Shown in pieces: positions 37,164 to 46,996 of a stretch of 64,000 nucleotides of DNA; position 1 is the first letter of the stretch, and each line of letters begins with the position of its first letter. This DNA is from a virus. The notes under the pieces are model-generated. The model made no database searches and was not told the origin of the DNA. It worked only from the letters and a program-made list of their open reading frames with translations. The DNA is taken from positions 1 through 64,000 of the IMG/VR virus record IMGVR_UViG_3300046514_000687, one strand, 5' to 3'. Made by a program: the position numbers and the translations under genes.

Positions 37164-37550
37164 GTGTCGACCGCCGGCACCTGGAACCTCTATATCGAGC
37201 AGGGCGCAGACTGGGAGCTGCCGGTCACCTACGGCCTGCAGACCGACCCCGACGACCCGCTGACCTTCGCGCCGGTGGACCTGACGGGCTGGACCGCGCG
37301 CATGGAGATCCGCCAGAAGGCCGGCGGCACCGTCTACGCGACCCTCACCAGCGCCACCGGGGAGATCACCCTGGACGGCGCGAACGAGCCCAACATCGTC
37401 CTCGCCCTGGATAGTGTGATCACTCTGGCCATGCCCAAGGGCAGCGCGGCCTACGACCTGGATCTCGACGACGGCAGCGGGCGCCAGCTCCGCCTCCTGG
37501 AGGGCGCCGTGACGATCAGCCCGGCCGTTACCCAGCCGGCCGTCCCGTGA
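37164..37550 (+). CDS. BppU/LtfC-like beta-sandwich fibre-anchoring protein
   Basis: IEQGADW, PVDLTG.TARM.IR, YDL.L, RLLEG.V.ISP. Confidence 0.65.
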   Translation: MSTAGTWNLYIEQGADWELPVTYGLQTDPDDPLTFAPVDLTGWTARMEIRQKAGGTVYATLTSATGEITLDGANEPNIVLALDSVITLAMPKGSAAYDLDLDDGSGRQLRLLEGAVTISPAVTQPAVP

Positions 37551-38164
37551 GCGGAGACACGCCGCTGGAGGTGGTCGGTGTCCCCGAGGTGCCGGCGCGT
37601 GTCGTGATCCTGGAGCCGGGCGCCCTGGAGGTGGTCACGGTGCCCGGCCCGCTGGCGATCGCGCGCGTGCCGCCCGCGGACGCGATCCGGGTTGTCGAGC
37701 TGCCGGACGCGCCCCTCGCTGTAGTCCGCACGGCCGCGCCCGCGGTCCAGGTCCAGGCCCTGCCCCCGGCGCCGATCCGCGTCGTCGAGGTGGCCGTCAT
37801 GCCGGTGCGCGTAGTCGAGATCGGCCAGCAAGGCCCGGCGGGTCCGCGCGGCCTCACCGGTGACGCCGGGCCCCAAGGACTACCAGGGCCGCAAGGCGAT
37901 CCAGGCGCGCCGGGTGCCGACGGGGCTGATGGGGCGACGCTCACCTACATCTGGGACCAGCCGACAGCCGCGGCGGTCTGGCACGTCGTCCACCCCCTGA
38001 ACAAACGGCCCAGCGTAACCGTGGTCGACAGCAGCCACCGCGTCGTGGTCGGCCAGACCGACTACCTGAGTGATGGCGCGGTAGACCTCACCTTCGCCGG
38101 CGCTTTCGCCGGTGAGGCGTATCTCAACAGGTGGCGAACGCGCGCTACGCAATGGCTGCCCTAA
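37547..38164 (+). CDS. Collagen-like fibre protein
   Basis: About 13 Gly-X-Y triplets, then W.V.H.LN..PSVTVVD...G.AYLN. Confidence 0.7.
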   Translation: MSGDTPLEVVGVPEVPARVVILEPGALEVVTVPGPLAIARVPPADAIRVVELPDAPLAVVRTAAPAVQVQALPPAPIRVVEVAVMPVRVVEIGQQGPAGPRGLTGDAGPQGLPGPQGDPGAPGADGADGATLTYIWDQPTAAAVWHVVHPLNKRPSVTVVDSSHRVVVGQTDYLSDGAVDLTFAGAFAGEAYLNRWRTRATQWLP

Positions 38165-38174
38165 GGAGCTGCTG

Positions 38175-39281
38175 ATGGCCGTGCTGCCGATCCTCGTCCA
38201 CCTGGACCTGGGCCTCAACGAGATCCAGAACGTCCTGCTCCAGCAGCTCGCTGCCGACCCGTCGCCACTCGAAGCGCGCATCTACTACAACACCGTCGCC
38301 CACGAGGTGCGCTTCTACAACGGCTCGGCCTGGATCAGCGTCCCTGGCAGTGGCGGCGGCACCGTCTCGGCGGTTACCGGCACCGCGCCCATCGTGTCCT
38401 CGGGCGGCACCACGCCGGCCATCTCTATCGTCGCGGCTACCGGCTCAGTACCGGGCTCGATGTCTGCGGCAGACTTCGCCAAGCTGGCCGCTGCCACCGC
38501 GGCTGCCACTTCGTCCACCCTCGCCCTGCGCGACAGCTCGGGGCGCCTCGCCGTCGCCAGCCCGAGCGCCGCCGGCGACGCGGCAAACAAGGGCTACGTT
38601 GATGGGCTGATGAACGGCGCCGACTGGGGCGAGTCCTGCGTCCTGGTCAGCACCAGCAACATCGCCAGCCTCAGCGGCGTGGCGACGAGCATCGACGGCG
38701 TGACCGCCACGGCGGGCATGCGCGTCCTGCTCACCGCGCAGACCACGGCTAGCCAGAACGGTCCCTGGGTCGTCGCCTCGGGCGCCTGGACGCGGCCGGT
38801 GGACTACGCCGCCGCTGCGACGATCACCCCGAACCGCAGCTACTTCATCGAGCAGGGCACCGCGAAGCACGACACGGGCTGGACGCTCTCGACCGATACG
38901 GCCGTCACCGTCGACACGACGAGCACCGCCTGGACGCAGTTCAGCGGGCTCGGCGAGGTGACCGCGGGCAACGGCCTGACCAAGACCGGCGATACCATCT
39001 CGGTGCTCGCCGCCGACGGGTCCATCACCGTCGCTGTCGGCGGTATCTCAGTCACGGCTCCACCGCTGCGCTTCTCGGTCAACGTCGGGGACGGCGCCTC
39101 GACGGCCATCGTCATCACCCACAGCCTGGGCACCCGCGACGTGCAGGTCCAGGTCTACCGCAACTCGACGCCCTGGGATACGGTGCTCTGCGACGTGGAG
39201 CGGACCAGCACGACCACCTGCACGCTGCGCTTCAACGTGGCGCCGACGTCGAACCAGTTCCGCGCCGTGGTCCTGGCCTAG
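38175..39281 (+). CDS. Tail fibre / virion structural protein
   Basis: AANKGYVD, RVLL.AQT.ASQNG.WV, AGNGLTKTG, H.LGTRDV.V; AAGGAG RBS. Confidence 0.65.
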   Translation: MAVLPILVHLDLGLNEIQNVLLQQLAADPSPLEARIYYNTVAHEVRFYNGSAWISVPGSGGGTVSAVTGTAPIVSSGGTTPAISIVAATGSVPGSMSAADFAKLAAATAAATSSTLALRDSSGRLAVASPSAAGDAANKGYVDGLMNGADWGESCVLVSTSNIASLSGVATSIDGVTATAGMRVLLTAQTTASQNGPWVVASGAWTRPVDYAAAATITPNRSYFIEQGTAKHDTGWTLSTDTAVTVDTTSTAWTQFSGLGEVTAGNGLTKTGDTISVLAADGSITVAVGGISVTAPPLRFSVNVGDGASTAIVITHSLGTRDVQVQVYRNSTPWDTVLCDVERTSTTTCTLRFNVAPTSNQFRAVVLA

Positions 39282-39285
39282 TCTC

Positions 39286-40293
39286 GTGATCGCCCTAACG
39301 CCGGTCCAGGTGCCGGCCGGCACGATCACCATTCCCGCGTTCGGCTTCTGGGAAGAGACGAACAGCGGGCTCTACCGGCCCGCCAGCGGCTACGTCGGCG
39401 TGGTGATCGCGGGCGCGGAGGTGGGCCGGTTCGGGGCTAGCGGCCTGGGCATCGGCACCCCCGCGCCGGCCGCGCCCCTCGACCTGCTGCCGGGCAAGAT
39501 GGCCTGGCAGTACTCGGGCGGCGGCTTCCGCCACTGGCTCGACACCGTGCACCAGGGCGGCGCTGCGGCGGGCAACAAGATCCGCTTCTGGACGAACACC
39601 GGCGGCAGTGCGGGCACCTCGTCAGCGCCGAACACCGGCAACCAGCTCTCAGCCACCATCGAAGGGGCCAACGGCGGCTCGCTAATCCTCGGCTCGGCTG
39701 CGGGCACGGTCCCGCTGAGTTTCCCCGGCGCTGTCGGCGGCAAGATCAGCCTCTACGACACGGGCGCGGGCAGCTTCGGCTGGGGCATCCAGTCCAACCT
39801 GCTCCAGGCATACCTGAACAGCACCGGCGACCGCTTCGGCTTCGGCTACGGCACCAGCGGCAGCTTCACCGAGCTGTTCTCGATGCTGGGGACGGGCCGC
39901 CTCGGCATCGGCATCACGACGCCGGCGGCGATGCTCGACGTGGTGGGCGGCAGCGCCAGCGCGAGCGGCGGCGGCGTGACGGGCCTGGCCGGCAAACTCC
40001 TGCTGCCGACCTACGGGGGCAACACCAGCGGCACGGACACCAACCGCGGCCTGTACGTCACCGGCAACGGCGGCACGGCGGGATCGGGCGGGGCGGTCGT
40101 GAACCACGCCATCTACGTCGACTCGACGGCGCCCAGCCTGTTTGCCTCAACGGGCTTCGGCATCGGCAACGTCGCCTATGTCTGGCCCAGCGCGAATGCC
40201 GCGGGCGCCCTGGAAAACGACGGCGCCGGCACCCTATCCTGGGTGGACCCCGCGGCCCACCTGAAGACCTCGTTCATGTTCATGGGGGGCTAA
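39286..40293 (+). CDS. Tail fibre-like protein
   Basis: Repeated LGIG...P.A.LD motifs; ends in NDGAG.LSW...SFMFMGG. Confidence 0.65.
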   Translation: MIALTPVQVPAGTITIPAFGFWEETNSGLYRPASGYVGVVIAGAEVGRFGASGLGIGTPAPAAPLDLLPGKMAWQYSGGGFRHWLDTVHQGGAAAGNKIRFWTNTGGSAGTSSAPNTGNQLSATIEGANGGSLILGSAAGTVPLSFPGAVGGKISLYDTGAGSFGWGIQSNLLQAYLNSTGDRFGFGYGTSGSFTELFSMLGTGRLGIGITTPAAMLDVVGGSASASGGGVTGLAGKLLLPTYGGNTSGTDTNRGLYVTGNGGTAGSGGAVVNHAIYVDSTAPSLFASTGFGIGNVAYVWPSANAAGALENDGAGTLSWVDPAAHLKTSFMFMGG

Positions 40294-40295
40294 CC

Positions 40296-40622
40296 ATGGC
40301 GCTGGTGCAGAAAACGGTCAACAGCACGCCGGCCGCGGCCACGGTGACCGACCTGTACACGCCCGGCTCGGGCAAGTGGGCGGCGTGCAGCTCGCTCATC
40401 ATCCACAACGACAACGCCGCGCTCACGGTGAACGTCCGCGTCATGTTCGCCCCCGCGGGCGCCGCGGACGCGAACAGCCACCGCTTCTACGACTTCCCGA
40501 TCCCCCCCGGCGACACCTTCGTGGCGACCATCGGCCTGGTCGTAAACGGCACCGACGTCATCCGCGTCTACTCCGACACGCTGCGGACCAACTTCTTCCT
40601 CTCGATGCAGGAAGGCCCGTAG
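40296..40622 (+). CDS. 108-aa fibre-associated protein
   Basis: LYTP, SSL.I.N, YD.PI...DT....IG.....D.IRV. Confidence 0.6.
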   Translation: MALVQKTVNSTPAAATVTDLYTPGSGKWAACSSLIIHNDNAALTVNVRVMFAPAGAADANSHRFYDFPIPPGDTFVATIGLVVNGTDVIRVYSDTLRTNFFLSMQEGP

Positions 40623-41963
40623 ATGAGCCAGGGCTTCACCGGCGCGGGCCAGGGCGCGGCGCGGCTGGCGAGTACCGCCAGCACGGCCAGCCTCACGCTG
40701 CCCGCCGGCCCGATGATCGCCACCTACCCGATCAGCGGCACCAGTCCGATCACCGCGATCACCGCGGCGCAGGATGGCCGTCTGGCCCTGCTGGAGTTCG
40801 CCAGCACCGGCTGCCGCGTGGTGATGGGCGGCAACCTGCTGATCAACGGCGACTACCTGAGCAGCGTCAGCGGCGTGCTGATGCTGATCGCGAACGGCGG
40901 CAACTGGGAGGAGGTCACCCGGACCAGTGCCATCCTCCAGCCCTACAACGCCTGCCCCAACGGCGGCTTCGAGGGCTGGCAGTTCGGCACCAGCTTCGCC
41001 GCGATTGCCGACGCGGTCTACTTCGCGGATCGCTGGGTCTCCAACAAGTCCGGCGCCGGCATCTGGACCATCGCCCAGGACAGCAGCGTGCCGGCCGTCG
41101 CCTGGAACGCGGCAGCCGCGAGCTGGTCCGCCAAGGTCACCGTCACGACTGCCGACGCGTCGATCGCCGCGGGCGACCTCTACGCCATCTACACGGCCAT
41201 CGAGGGCTACGACATCCGGGACCTGATGAACGGCTTCGCGGTGTCGTGGTGGGCGAGGGCGCACCGCACCGGCACCTACTGCGCGTCGTTCGTCAACAAG
41301 GCGTTCAACCGGTCCTACATCGTCGAGTACACCATCGCCGTGGCCGACACCTGGCAGTACTTCACGGCGGTCGTGCCGGCGCCGATCGGCACCTGGACGC
41401 TCGACACGCAGATCGGCATGTACTGCCTGTTCTCGCTGGCGATGGGCTCGACCTTCGGCTCGGGGGCGTCGGCGAGCACCTGGCTCTCGACAGGCTCCTA
41501 CACGACCGCGAACCAGATCAACGGCGTGGCGGCCACGTCCGACACGTTCTCGCTGTGGGGCCTGAACGTCGTGCCAGGCACGGTGCCGCAGCCGTACCAC
41601 CCGATGCCCTTCCCGCTCCTGTGGGAGCGCCTGCGGCGCTACTGCCAGAAGTTCGCAGCGGGCACCTCGGGTGCCTACGCCACTTCCTTCAGCAACAGTA
41701 CGACGGACGCCTACGCCGTGCTCTACCTGCCTACCTCGATGCTGGGAGTGCCGACCAGCGTCTTCTCGGCTGCATCGACGTTCTGGCACTACCAGCTGAG
41801 CGGCACGTTCACGCCGACTGCCATCGTAACCGCTGCCGCGGGGCCGGACCGCGTACGCTGCTACATGAGCGGCATGAGTGGGCTGACGAACGGGGCCGCG
41901 GGGTTGATGATGGACTCTGGTGCAGGTAGCTCGTCGATCCTGCTGACTGCGAACCCCACATGA
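40623..41963 (+). CDS. Putative receptor-binding protein A
   Basis: NGGF..WQ.GT, ADRW, IEG, ERLRRY.Q; paralogue of the next gene. Confidence 0.65.
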   Translation: MSQGFTGAGQGAARLASTASTASLTLPAGPMIATYPISGTSPITAITAAQDGRLALLEFASTGCRVVMGGNLLINGDYLSSVSGVLMLIANGGNWEEVTRTSAILQPYNACPNGGFEGWQFGTSFAAIADAVYFADRWVSNKSGAGIWTIAQDSSVPAVAWNAAAASWSAKVTVTTADASIAAGDLYAIYTAIEGYDIRDLMNGFAVSWWARAHRTGTYCASFVNKAFNRSYIVEYTIAVADTWQYFTAVVPAPIGTWTLDTQIGMYCLFSLAMGSTFGSGASASTWLSTGSYTTANQINGVAATSDTFSLWGLNVVPGTVPQPYHPMPFPLLWERLRRYCQKFAAGTSGAYATSFSNSTTDAYAVLYLPTSMLGVPTSVFSAASTFWHYQLSGTFTPTAIVTAAAGPDRVRCYMSGMSGLTNGAAGLMMDSGAGSSSILLTANPT

Positions 41964-43399
41964 GCCAGGGCCTCACCGGCGTCGCCCAGGCACCCGCCTA
42001 CTCGGCGAACGTGGCGAGCGCGACGACGGTCACGCTGCCCAACGCGCCGATGGACTGCACCTACCCGGTGACCGGGACTACGACGATCACGAGCATTACG
42101 GCTGGGCAGGCCGGCCGCAAGGCACGGTTGATCTTCCAGAGCGCCAACTGCACAGTCGTCAACGGCTCGAACCTCAAACTGGCCGGACGATCGTTCGTCT
42201 CGACCGTGAACCGGATGCTGACGCTGGTCAGCGACGGGACGAACTGGGTCGAGGAGAGCCGAGGAGAGTTTGGAACGCTGGTCCCGGTCACGCAGAACTT
42301 CGGAGACGTAGCTGCGGCCGGGACCGGCGATCAGGCCGCCGACATCTACCACGTTCACGGCATGCCGCCCTATCCCGCGCCCAACGCGCTCTACAACGGA
42401 GACTTCTCGGTAGCGCAGCTCGGGCCGACTGCCGCCCCCTTCGCCAACGCACAGGCGGCACTCGACGGCTGGCAGTGTCTCAACACCAGCGCCGCCGTTC
42501 TGACCCACAACCAGCTTGCCGCCGCCACTTCCGTCATCGGGACGATGAACCTCAGCACCTACTCCTACATCAACACCACGACGGCCGACGCCAGCATCGC
42601 GGCGGGCGACCTCGCCGGGGTCTATCAGCAGATCGAGGGCTACGACGCCCGCGCCATCGCGGCGAACGGCGGGGCGTTCTCGGGCTGGTTCTACTCCAAC
42701 GTCGGCGGCACGTTCTCTATATCGCTGGCGAACCGCGACGCCACCTGGTCCTACATTCGAGAAGTGGTGATCTCTGCGAATACCTGGACCTATGTGACGA
42801 CGACGTTCCCGAGCGGCTACGGGACAATCTCCCTGCCGGGCGACTTCCGGACCAACCGGGGCTTTTACTTCTACATCGCACTCGCGGCGGGCTCGACCTA
42901 CACGACCGCTCCGAACGTCTGGACGAACGCCAACAAGGTCGCCTCAACGAACCAGACGAACTTCGTCGGGACGATCTCGAACGCCTTCTACATAAGCGGT
43001 CTGAACTTGGTTCCTGGTCTAGTGCCACAGCCGTTCTACCCCGCGACCTATGAGCAGCAGTTGGCCCGTTGTCAGCGGTACCGGCAGATCATCGCAACAT
43101 ACCCGATGGCCCTACCGATGGGGCAAGCCATCAACGGCAGTACGATCAATGGCGGCGGTCGCGGTCTACTGGTGCCCATGTGCGGAACGCCTTCGGCCAC
43201 CATCTCCAGCACGGGTCACTTCTCAGCGTTAAAGGCTGACGGGAGCAATGTGGCGCTGGGAAGCTTATCGTTCACGTTCAATCCAGAAGCCTACTACTAT
43301 GCGGCATCAATCACCAGTGGCCTCGTGGCGGGTAATGCGGTGACTGTCTACGGGAGTAACGGTAGTGCTCTAGTGTACGCCTCAGCGTACCCTGCGTAG
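41960..43399 (+). CDS. Putative receptor-binding protein B
   Basis: NGDF.VAQ, QQIEG, LARCQRY; shares its N-terminal ~100 aa with the previous gene. Confidence 0.65.
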   Translation: MSQGLTGVAQAPAYSANVASATTVTLPNAPMDCTYPVTGTTTITSITAGQAGRKARLIFQSANCTVVNGSNLKLAGRSFVSTVNRMLTLVSDGTNWVEESRGEFGTLVPVTQNFGDVAAAGTGDQAADIYHVHGMPPYPAPNALYNGDFSVAQLGPTAAPFANAQAALDGWQCLNTSAAVLTHNQLAAATSVIGTMNLSTYSYINTTTADASIAAGDLAGVYQQIEGYDARAIAANGGAFSGWFYSNVGGTFSISLANRDATWSYIREVVISANTWTYVTTTFPSGYGTISLPGDFRTNRGFYFYIALAAGSTYTTAPNVWTNANKVASTNQTNFVGTISNAFYISGLNLVPGLVPQPFYPATYEQQLARCQRYRQIIATYPMALPMGQAINGSTINGGGRGLLVPMCGTPSATISSTGHFSALKADGSNVALGSLSFTFNPEAYYYAASITSGLVAGNAVTVYGSNGSALVYASAYPA

Positions 43400-43404
43400 G
43401 AGTA

Positions 43405-43884
43405 ATGGTGGCACAATACCAACTGCACTACACTGAAAAACTCATCATCCAGCACCTGGCTGATGGCTCACAGCGCCAGATCCCCGTGTCGGAGGACAAC
43501 GGCGACTACCTGGCCTACCTGGCGTGGGTAGCAGCCGGTAACACGCCAGACCCAGCTGACCCCGCATCCCCACCGGATCCCCAGGAGGTCGCCGACAACG
43601 ACTTGCTCGACGGGATGAAGGCCGACTACCAGCAGCTCAAGGCCGGCCTGAATGCCATCGAGGCGACCACGGCGAGCCTGACCCAGCACGCCACCACGCT
43701 GAGCAACATCACGCTTACCGGCCTCACCCTGGCGCAGCTCGAAACGCAGCTCCAGCAGACCCTGCGAGCGCTCGGCACGGACCTCGGGACGATGATCGAC
43801 AACACCGACAAGCTGGCTCGCGGCATGGAACGGATGCTGAGCGCGACGGCCATCTTCGTCCGCCACAGCCGGCCGGGCGCCTGA
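43405..43884 (+). CDS. Putative tail fibre assembly/chaperone protein
   Basis: IP...DN.DY..YL.WV..GNTP.PAD motif directly after the fibre gene. Confidence 0.6.
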   Translation: MVAQYQLHYTEKLIIQHLADGSQRQIPVSEDNGDYLAYLAWVAAGNTPDPADPASPPDPQEVADNDLLDGMKADYQQLKAGLNAIEATTASLTQHATTLSNITLTGLTLAQLETQLQQTLRALGTDLGTMIDNTDKLARGMERMLSATAIFVRHSRPGA

Positions 43885-43919
43885 GTACGCCCGGCCGTAT
43901 AGTAGAACCAGGTGGTGCC

Positions 43920-44225
43920 GTGACGGAACTCCTCCAGTTCACTCCAGGCTCGGACGTCGTGCAGTTCAGCGCGGGCGAGATCGCGCTGATTACTGGGCTC
44001 TTGATGGCACTGACGGGCGCTATCAGCGCCATCTGGTTCGCCTACAACCGCTCCATGCAAACGCACATCGAGGGGCTGACGCGGGAGTGTAACGCTCTGC
44101 GCGGCATCGCCTTCGAGGCCCTAGGGCTGCTCGGGCAAGTCGCGCGCGAGCAGATGACCGCGGAGCAGCAGCACGCGCTGGCCGCCCTGCACGCGCGGCT
44201 CACCGCTCACACGGGGGACGCCTAG
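43920..44225 (+). CDS. Small membrane protein (holin-like)
   Basis: One hydrophobic helix followed by a coiled coil; lies before the endolysin. Confidence 0.45.
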   Translation: MTELLQFTPGSDVVQFSAGEIALITGLLMALTGAISAIWFAYNRSMQTHIEGLTRECNALRGIAFEALGLLGQVAREQMTAEQQHALAALHARLTAHTGDA

Positions 44226-44242
44226 CCTCGTGAGTCGCACCT

Positions 44243-44437
44243 ATGTCGTGCCGTTCCGTCGTCGCCGAAGAGGTCTTGCGCGCGCGCGCACTCCAGCGCC
44301 TGCTCTGGTGGCAGGAGGCCGAGCGCCTGGCGGTGCCGCAGGCTGCGCGCACTCGCGCCTGCTTCATGCGCTGGCTAATGGAGCGGCGCTACGGGGACCG
44401 GCCCGGCCGCCGCGTGATCGACGGCCCGGTCGTCTAG
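44243..44437 (+). CDS. Hypothetical protein
   Basis: Short ORF filling the gap before the endolysin promoter. Confidence 0.35.
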   Translation: MSCRSVVAEEVLRARALQRLLWWQEAERLAVPQAARTRACFMRWLMERRYGDRPGRRVIDGPVV

Positions 44438-44495
44438 GGTGCGGGCGTGCTACGATAGGCGCGGCGATTCCGCCAGTACCGGGAAGGGGACGCCC

Positions 44496-45608
44496 ATGCG
44501 ACCCTACACCGCCGAGGACGTGATCGCCGCGGCCACCGCCGCCGGCGCCGACGAGACGCTCGCGCCGATCATGGCCGCCGCCGCGATGAGCGAGGGCGGC
44601 GGCGACCTCGACGCCGCCGGCGACTACGATAGCGCGGGCGTCGCACACTCCTTCGGCCCCTACCAGATCAACGACATCAACAACGTCCCACGCAGCGTGA
44701 GTACCGACCTCCAGGCGTCCACCGACTGGATGTTCCAGCACGAGTTCGAGCGCGCTTATGCGACCGGCACCGCCAACGGTCTCGTGGCCGAGCGCCTGGC
44801 GCGCTGGTGCTGCATGGCCGCCGAGCGCCCCTACGGCTGGGGCGGTGCGGGCGACCCCGGCCTCGACAGCTCGGCCGCCGACCGCTACGCGGCGCACTGG
44901 CTGGGCATCGTCGCGGGTACCGAGCCCAAGCCGCCGCCGGCCGCGGGGCCGCCCTTCGCCTATAACCCCGACGTGCCCGCGCAACTCCAGTACCAGAGCT
45001 GGACCTGCTCGATCCGCTCTACGATGTGGATGCTCAGCAGCCTGGGCTACCCGGTGAACGTCGCCACCCAGCAGGACCTGATGACGCCCTGGCCGGTCGG
45101 GGTCAACGTGGGCCTGCTCGCCCGCGACGGCAGCGGCCTAGCCCAGTTCATCCGCGACACCTACGGCCTGCCCTGCTACAACGTCTACGAAGCCACCTGG
45201 GACGACGTGCTCGCCGTGGCGGGCCGCTACCCCTGCGCGCTGGGCGGCGTGGGCTGGTACCACTGGGTCGGGGTGCGCCGCGTCGAGGAGGACGGCGGGC
45301 TGGGCCTGGCGAACCCGGCGCCCGGCTACCGCGAGATCTGGAACTACCTCAGCCAGGACCAGTTCGAGGGGCCGCTCGGCCCGTTCGCCCTGGTCGTCAT
45401 CGAGGTCGGAGAGGAGGACCCCGTGGCCATCGCCGAACTGGAAGCCCAGAACGCGGAGCTGATCAGCAAGCTCGGCTACCTGCAGGGCGACGTGGCGAAC
45501 GGCATTCAGCAGGGGCTGGACGGCGCGGTCGCCGCGACGGACGACGCCGCGCGGGCGCCCGCCTACGACGCCATCCAGGCCGGGATCAACACCCTCCGGA
45601 ACGCCTGA
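44496..45608 (+). CDS. Putative endolysin: lysozyme-like domain plus C39-like cysteine peptidase
   Basis: AAMSEGG...GD....SFGPYQIN; Q.QSWTCS...HWVGV...LANPA (Cys-His-Asn). Confidence 0.7.
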   Translation: MRPYTAEDVIAAATAAGADETLAPIMAAAAMSEGGGDLDAAGDYDSAGVAHSFGPYQINDINNVPRSVSTDLQASTDWMFQHEFERAYATGTANGLVAERLARWCCMAAERPYGWGGAGDPGLDSSAADRYAAHWLGIVAGTEPKPPPAAGPPFAYNPDVPAQLQYQSWTCSIRSTMWMLSSLGYPVNVATQQDLMTPWPVGVNVGLLARDGSGLAQFIRDTYGLPCYNVYEATWDDVLAVAGRYPCALGGVGWYHWVGVRRVEEDGGLGLANPAPGYREIWNYLSQDQFEGPLGPFALVVIEVGEEDPVAIAELEAQNAELISKLGYLQGDVANGIQQGLDGAVAATDDAARAPAYDAIQAGINTLRNA

Positions 45609-45865
45609 TGCTACCCCACGACCGGGCCAACCTCGACGCGCTGGTGCGGATGGCTGGGCGCGACAGTAAGAATACCTGGCCGCTACTGGAGTGGCTGGGC
45701 GTGCACGGGATGACCGCCACGCTGCGCTGGGCGCCGCGGGCGCAGCTCTGGGCCTGCGAGTGGGAAGAGGGCGGCGTCGGCTCGCTGACCGGCGGGGCAA
45801 GTTCGCCGGTCGCCCACCACGCCGTGATCGAGTGCGGCAAGACGATCCTGGAGGGAACGGCGTGA
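45608..45865 (+). CDS. Hypothetical protein
   Basis: TGATG coupling to the endolysin. Confidence 0.45.
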   Translation: MLPHDRANLDALVRMAGRDSKNTWPLLEWLGVHGMTATLRWAPRAQLWACEWEEGGVGSLTGGASSPVAHHAVIECGKTILEGTA

Positions 45866-46037
45866 GCAGGCAGGACGGCGGGCAGGACGGCGGGCATGCC
45901 TGCTACCGCTGCGGGCACCCCGCTCCGTCATCCGCGCCGCCCCGCACCCTTGCCGCGCTGTGCCCAGCCTGCGTAGCAGCGCAGCGCGCCGGAAAGGGAC
46001 TGCCGCCAGGCAGCGTCACTAAGTAGGGAGATCCCCA

Positions 46038-46955
46038 ATGGCCGATTCATTGCACAGTGCCTATCCTGAGTTCTTCGGCGGCGCGGTGATCGCCCCGCCC
46101 ATCCCCCGCAGCTCCGGCCTCTACGCCGGCATCGACGACCCCTTCGCCACTCTCTCGGCCCTCCAGGCCAACCAGCGCAACGACCTGCGCGACTACGTGA
46201 CCGAGGCCGGCGACCGCACCGGCCAGTCGCTGGCCATCCCCGTCCGCAACCAGGGTCGCTTCGGCGCCTGCACCGGTTTTACCGGCACGGCCGTCCGCGC
46301 TGCCCTCGCCGCGCGCTACCACCTGGAGCGCGGCGAGGCGCCGGAGGTGGGCGACACGCCGTCGGCCCGCTACGCCTACCTGAAGACGCGCCAGCTCGAC
46401 GGCGACGCGACCGTGGACCACGGCGCCAGCATGGAGAGCGCTTGCCGCGTCTACCCGCTGTTCGGCGTCTCGCCAGCGCGGTTCGATCCCTGGGACGACG
46501 CCGCCGCGGCGAAGGGCGACATGGTCTGGCTGAACCACACGCCGACGAAGGAGGCCGATGACGGCGCCCAGTTCTTCGGGGCCAGCGGCTACGCCCGGCT
46601 GAACGGCCAGGGGCTCAGCCTAATCGCCAGCATCGTGCAGTGCATCGCCGACGGCTACCCGGCCCTGCTCGCCTTCGGCGTGCCGCAAAGCTTCATGGAA
46701 ACCGGGCCGGACGGCAAGGTCAAGATGCCGGGCGCCAGCGAGCCGAGCCAGGGGGGGCATGCCAACGCGGCCTTCGCGGTATTCCTCGATAATAGCTTTC
46801 CCGGTGGAGGTTGCATCCTGCACCAGAACTCCTGGACGGAGAGCTGGGGCCAAGCGGGGTGGGGGTACCTGCCCTTCGCGTGGGCAACGACAAAGATCCA
46901 GGCCGGCCAGGGCATCGGCACCTACTGGTTGGGCGAAGCTCACACAGTACGCTAA
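46038..46955 (+). CDS. Papain-like (C1A) cysteine peptidase
   Basis: PVRNQG.FGACTGF, GGHA, QNSW..SWG..GWGY. Confidence 0.88.
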   Translation: MADSLHSAYPEFFGGAVIAPPIPRSSGLYAGIDDPFATLSALQANQRNDLRDYVTEAGDRTGQSLAIPVRNQGRFGACTGFTGTAVRAALAARYHLERGEAPEVGDTPSARYAYLKTRQLDGDATVDHGASMESACRVYPLFGVSPARFDPWDDAAAAKGDMVWLNHTPTKEADDGAQFFGASGYARLNGQGLSLIASIVQCIADGYPALLAFGVPQSFMETGPDGKVKMPGASEPSQGGHANAAFAVFLDNSFPGGGCILHQNSWTESWGQAGWGYLPFAWATTKIQAGQGIGTYWLGEAHTVR

Positions 46956-46996
46956 ACCGCGTGGGCCGGCTCCTTATACGCGTATAAGGGAATCGG

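Noticed and set aside
40623-43399. Diversity-generating retroelement acting on the fibre genes
   Set aside because: No reverse transcriptase is present and I saw no near-identical repeat pair differing only at adenines. The similarity is ordinary paralogy.
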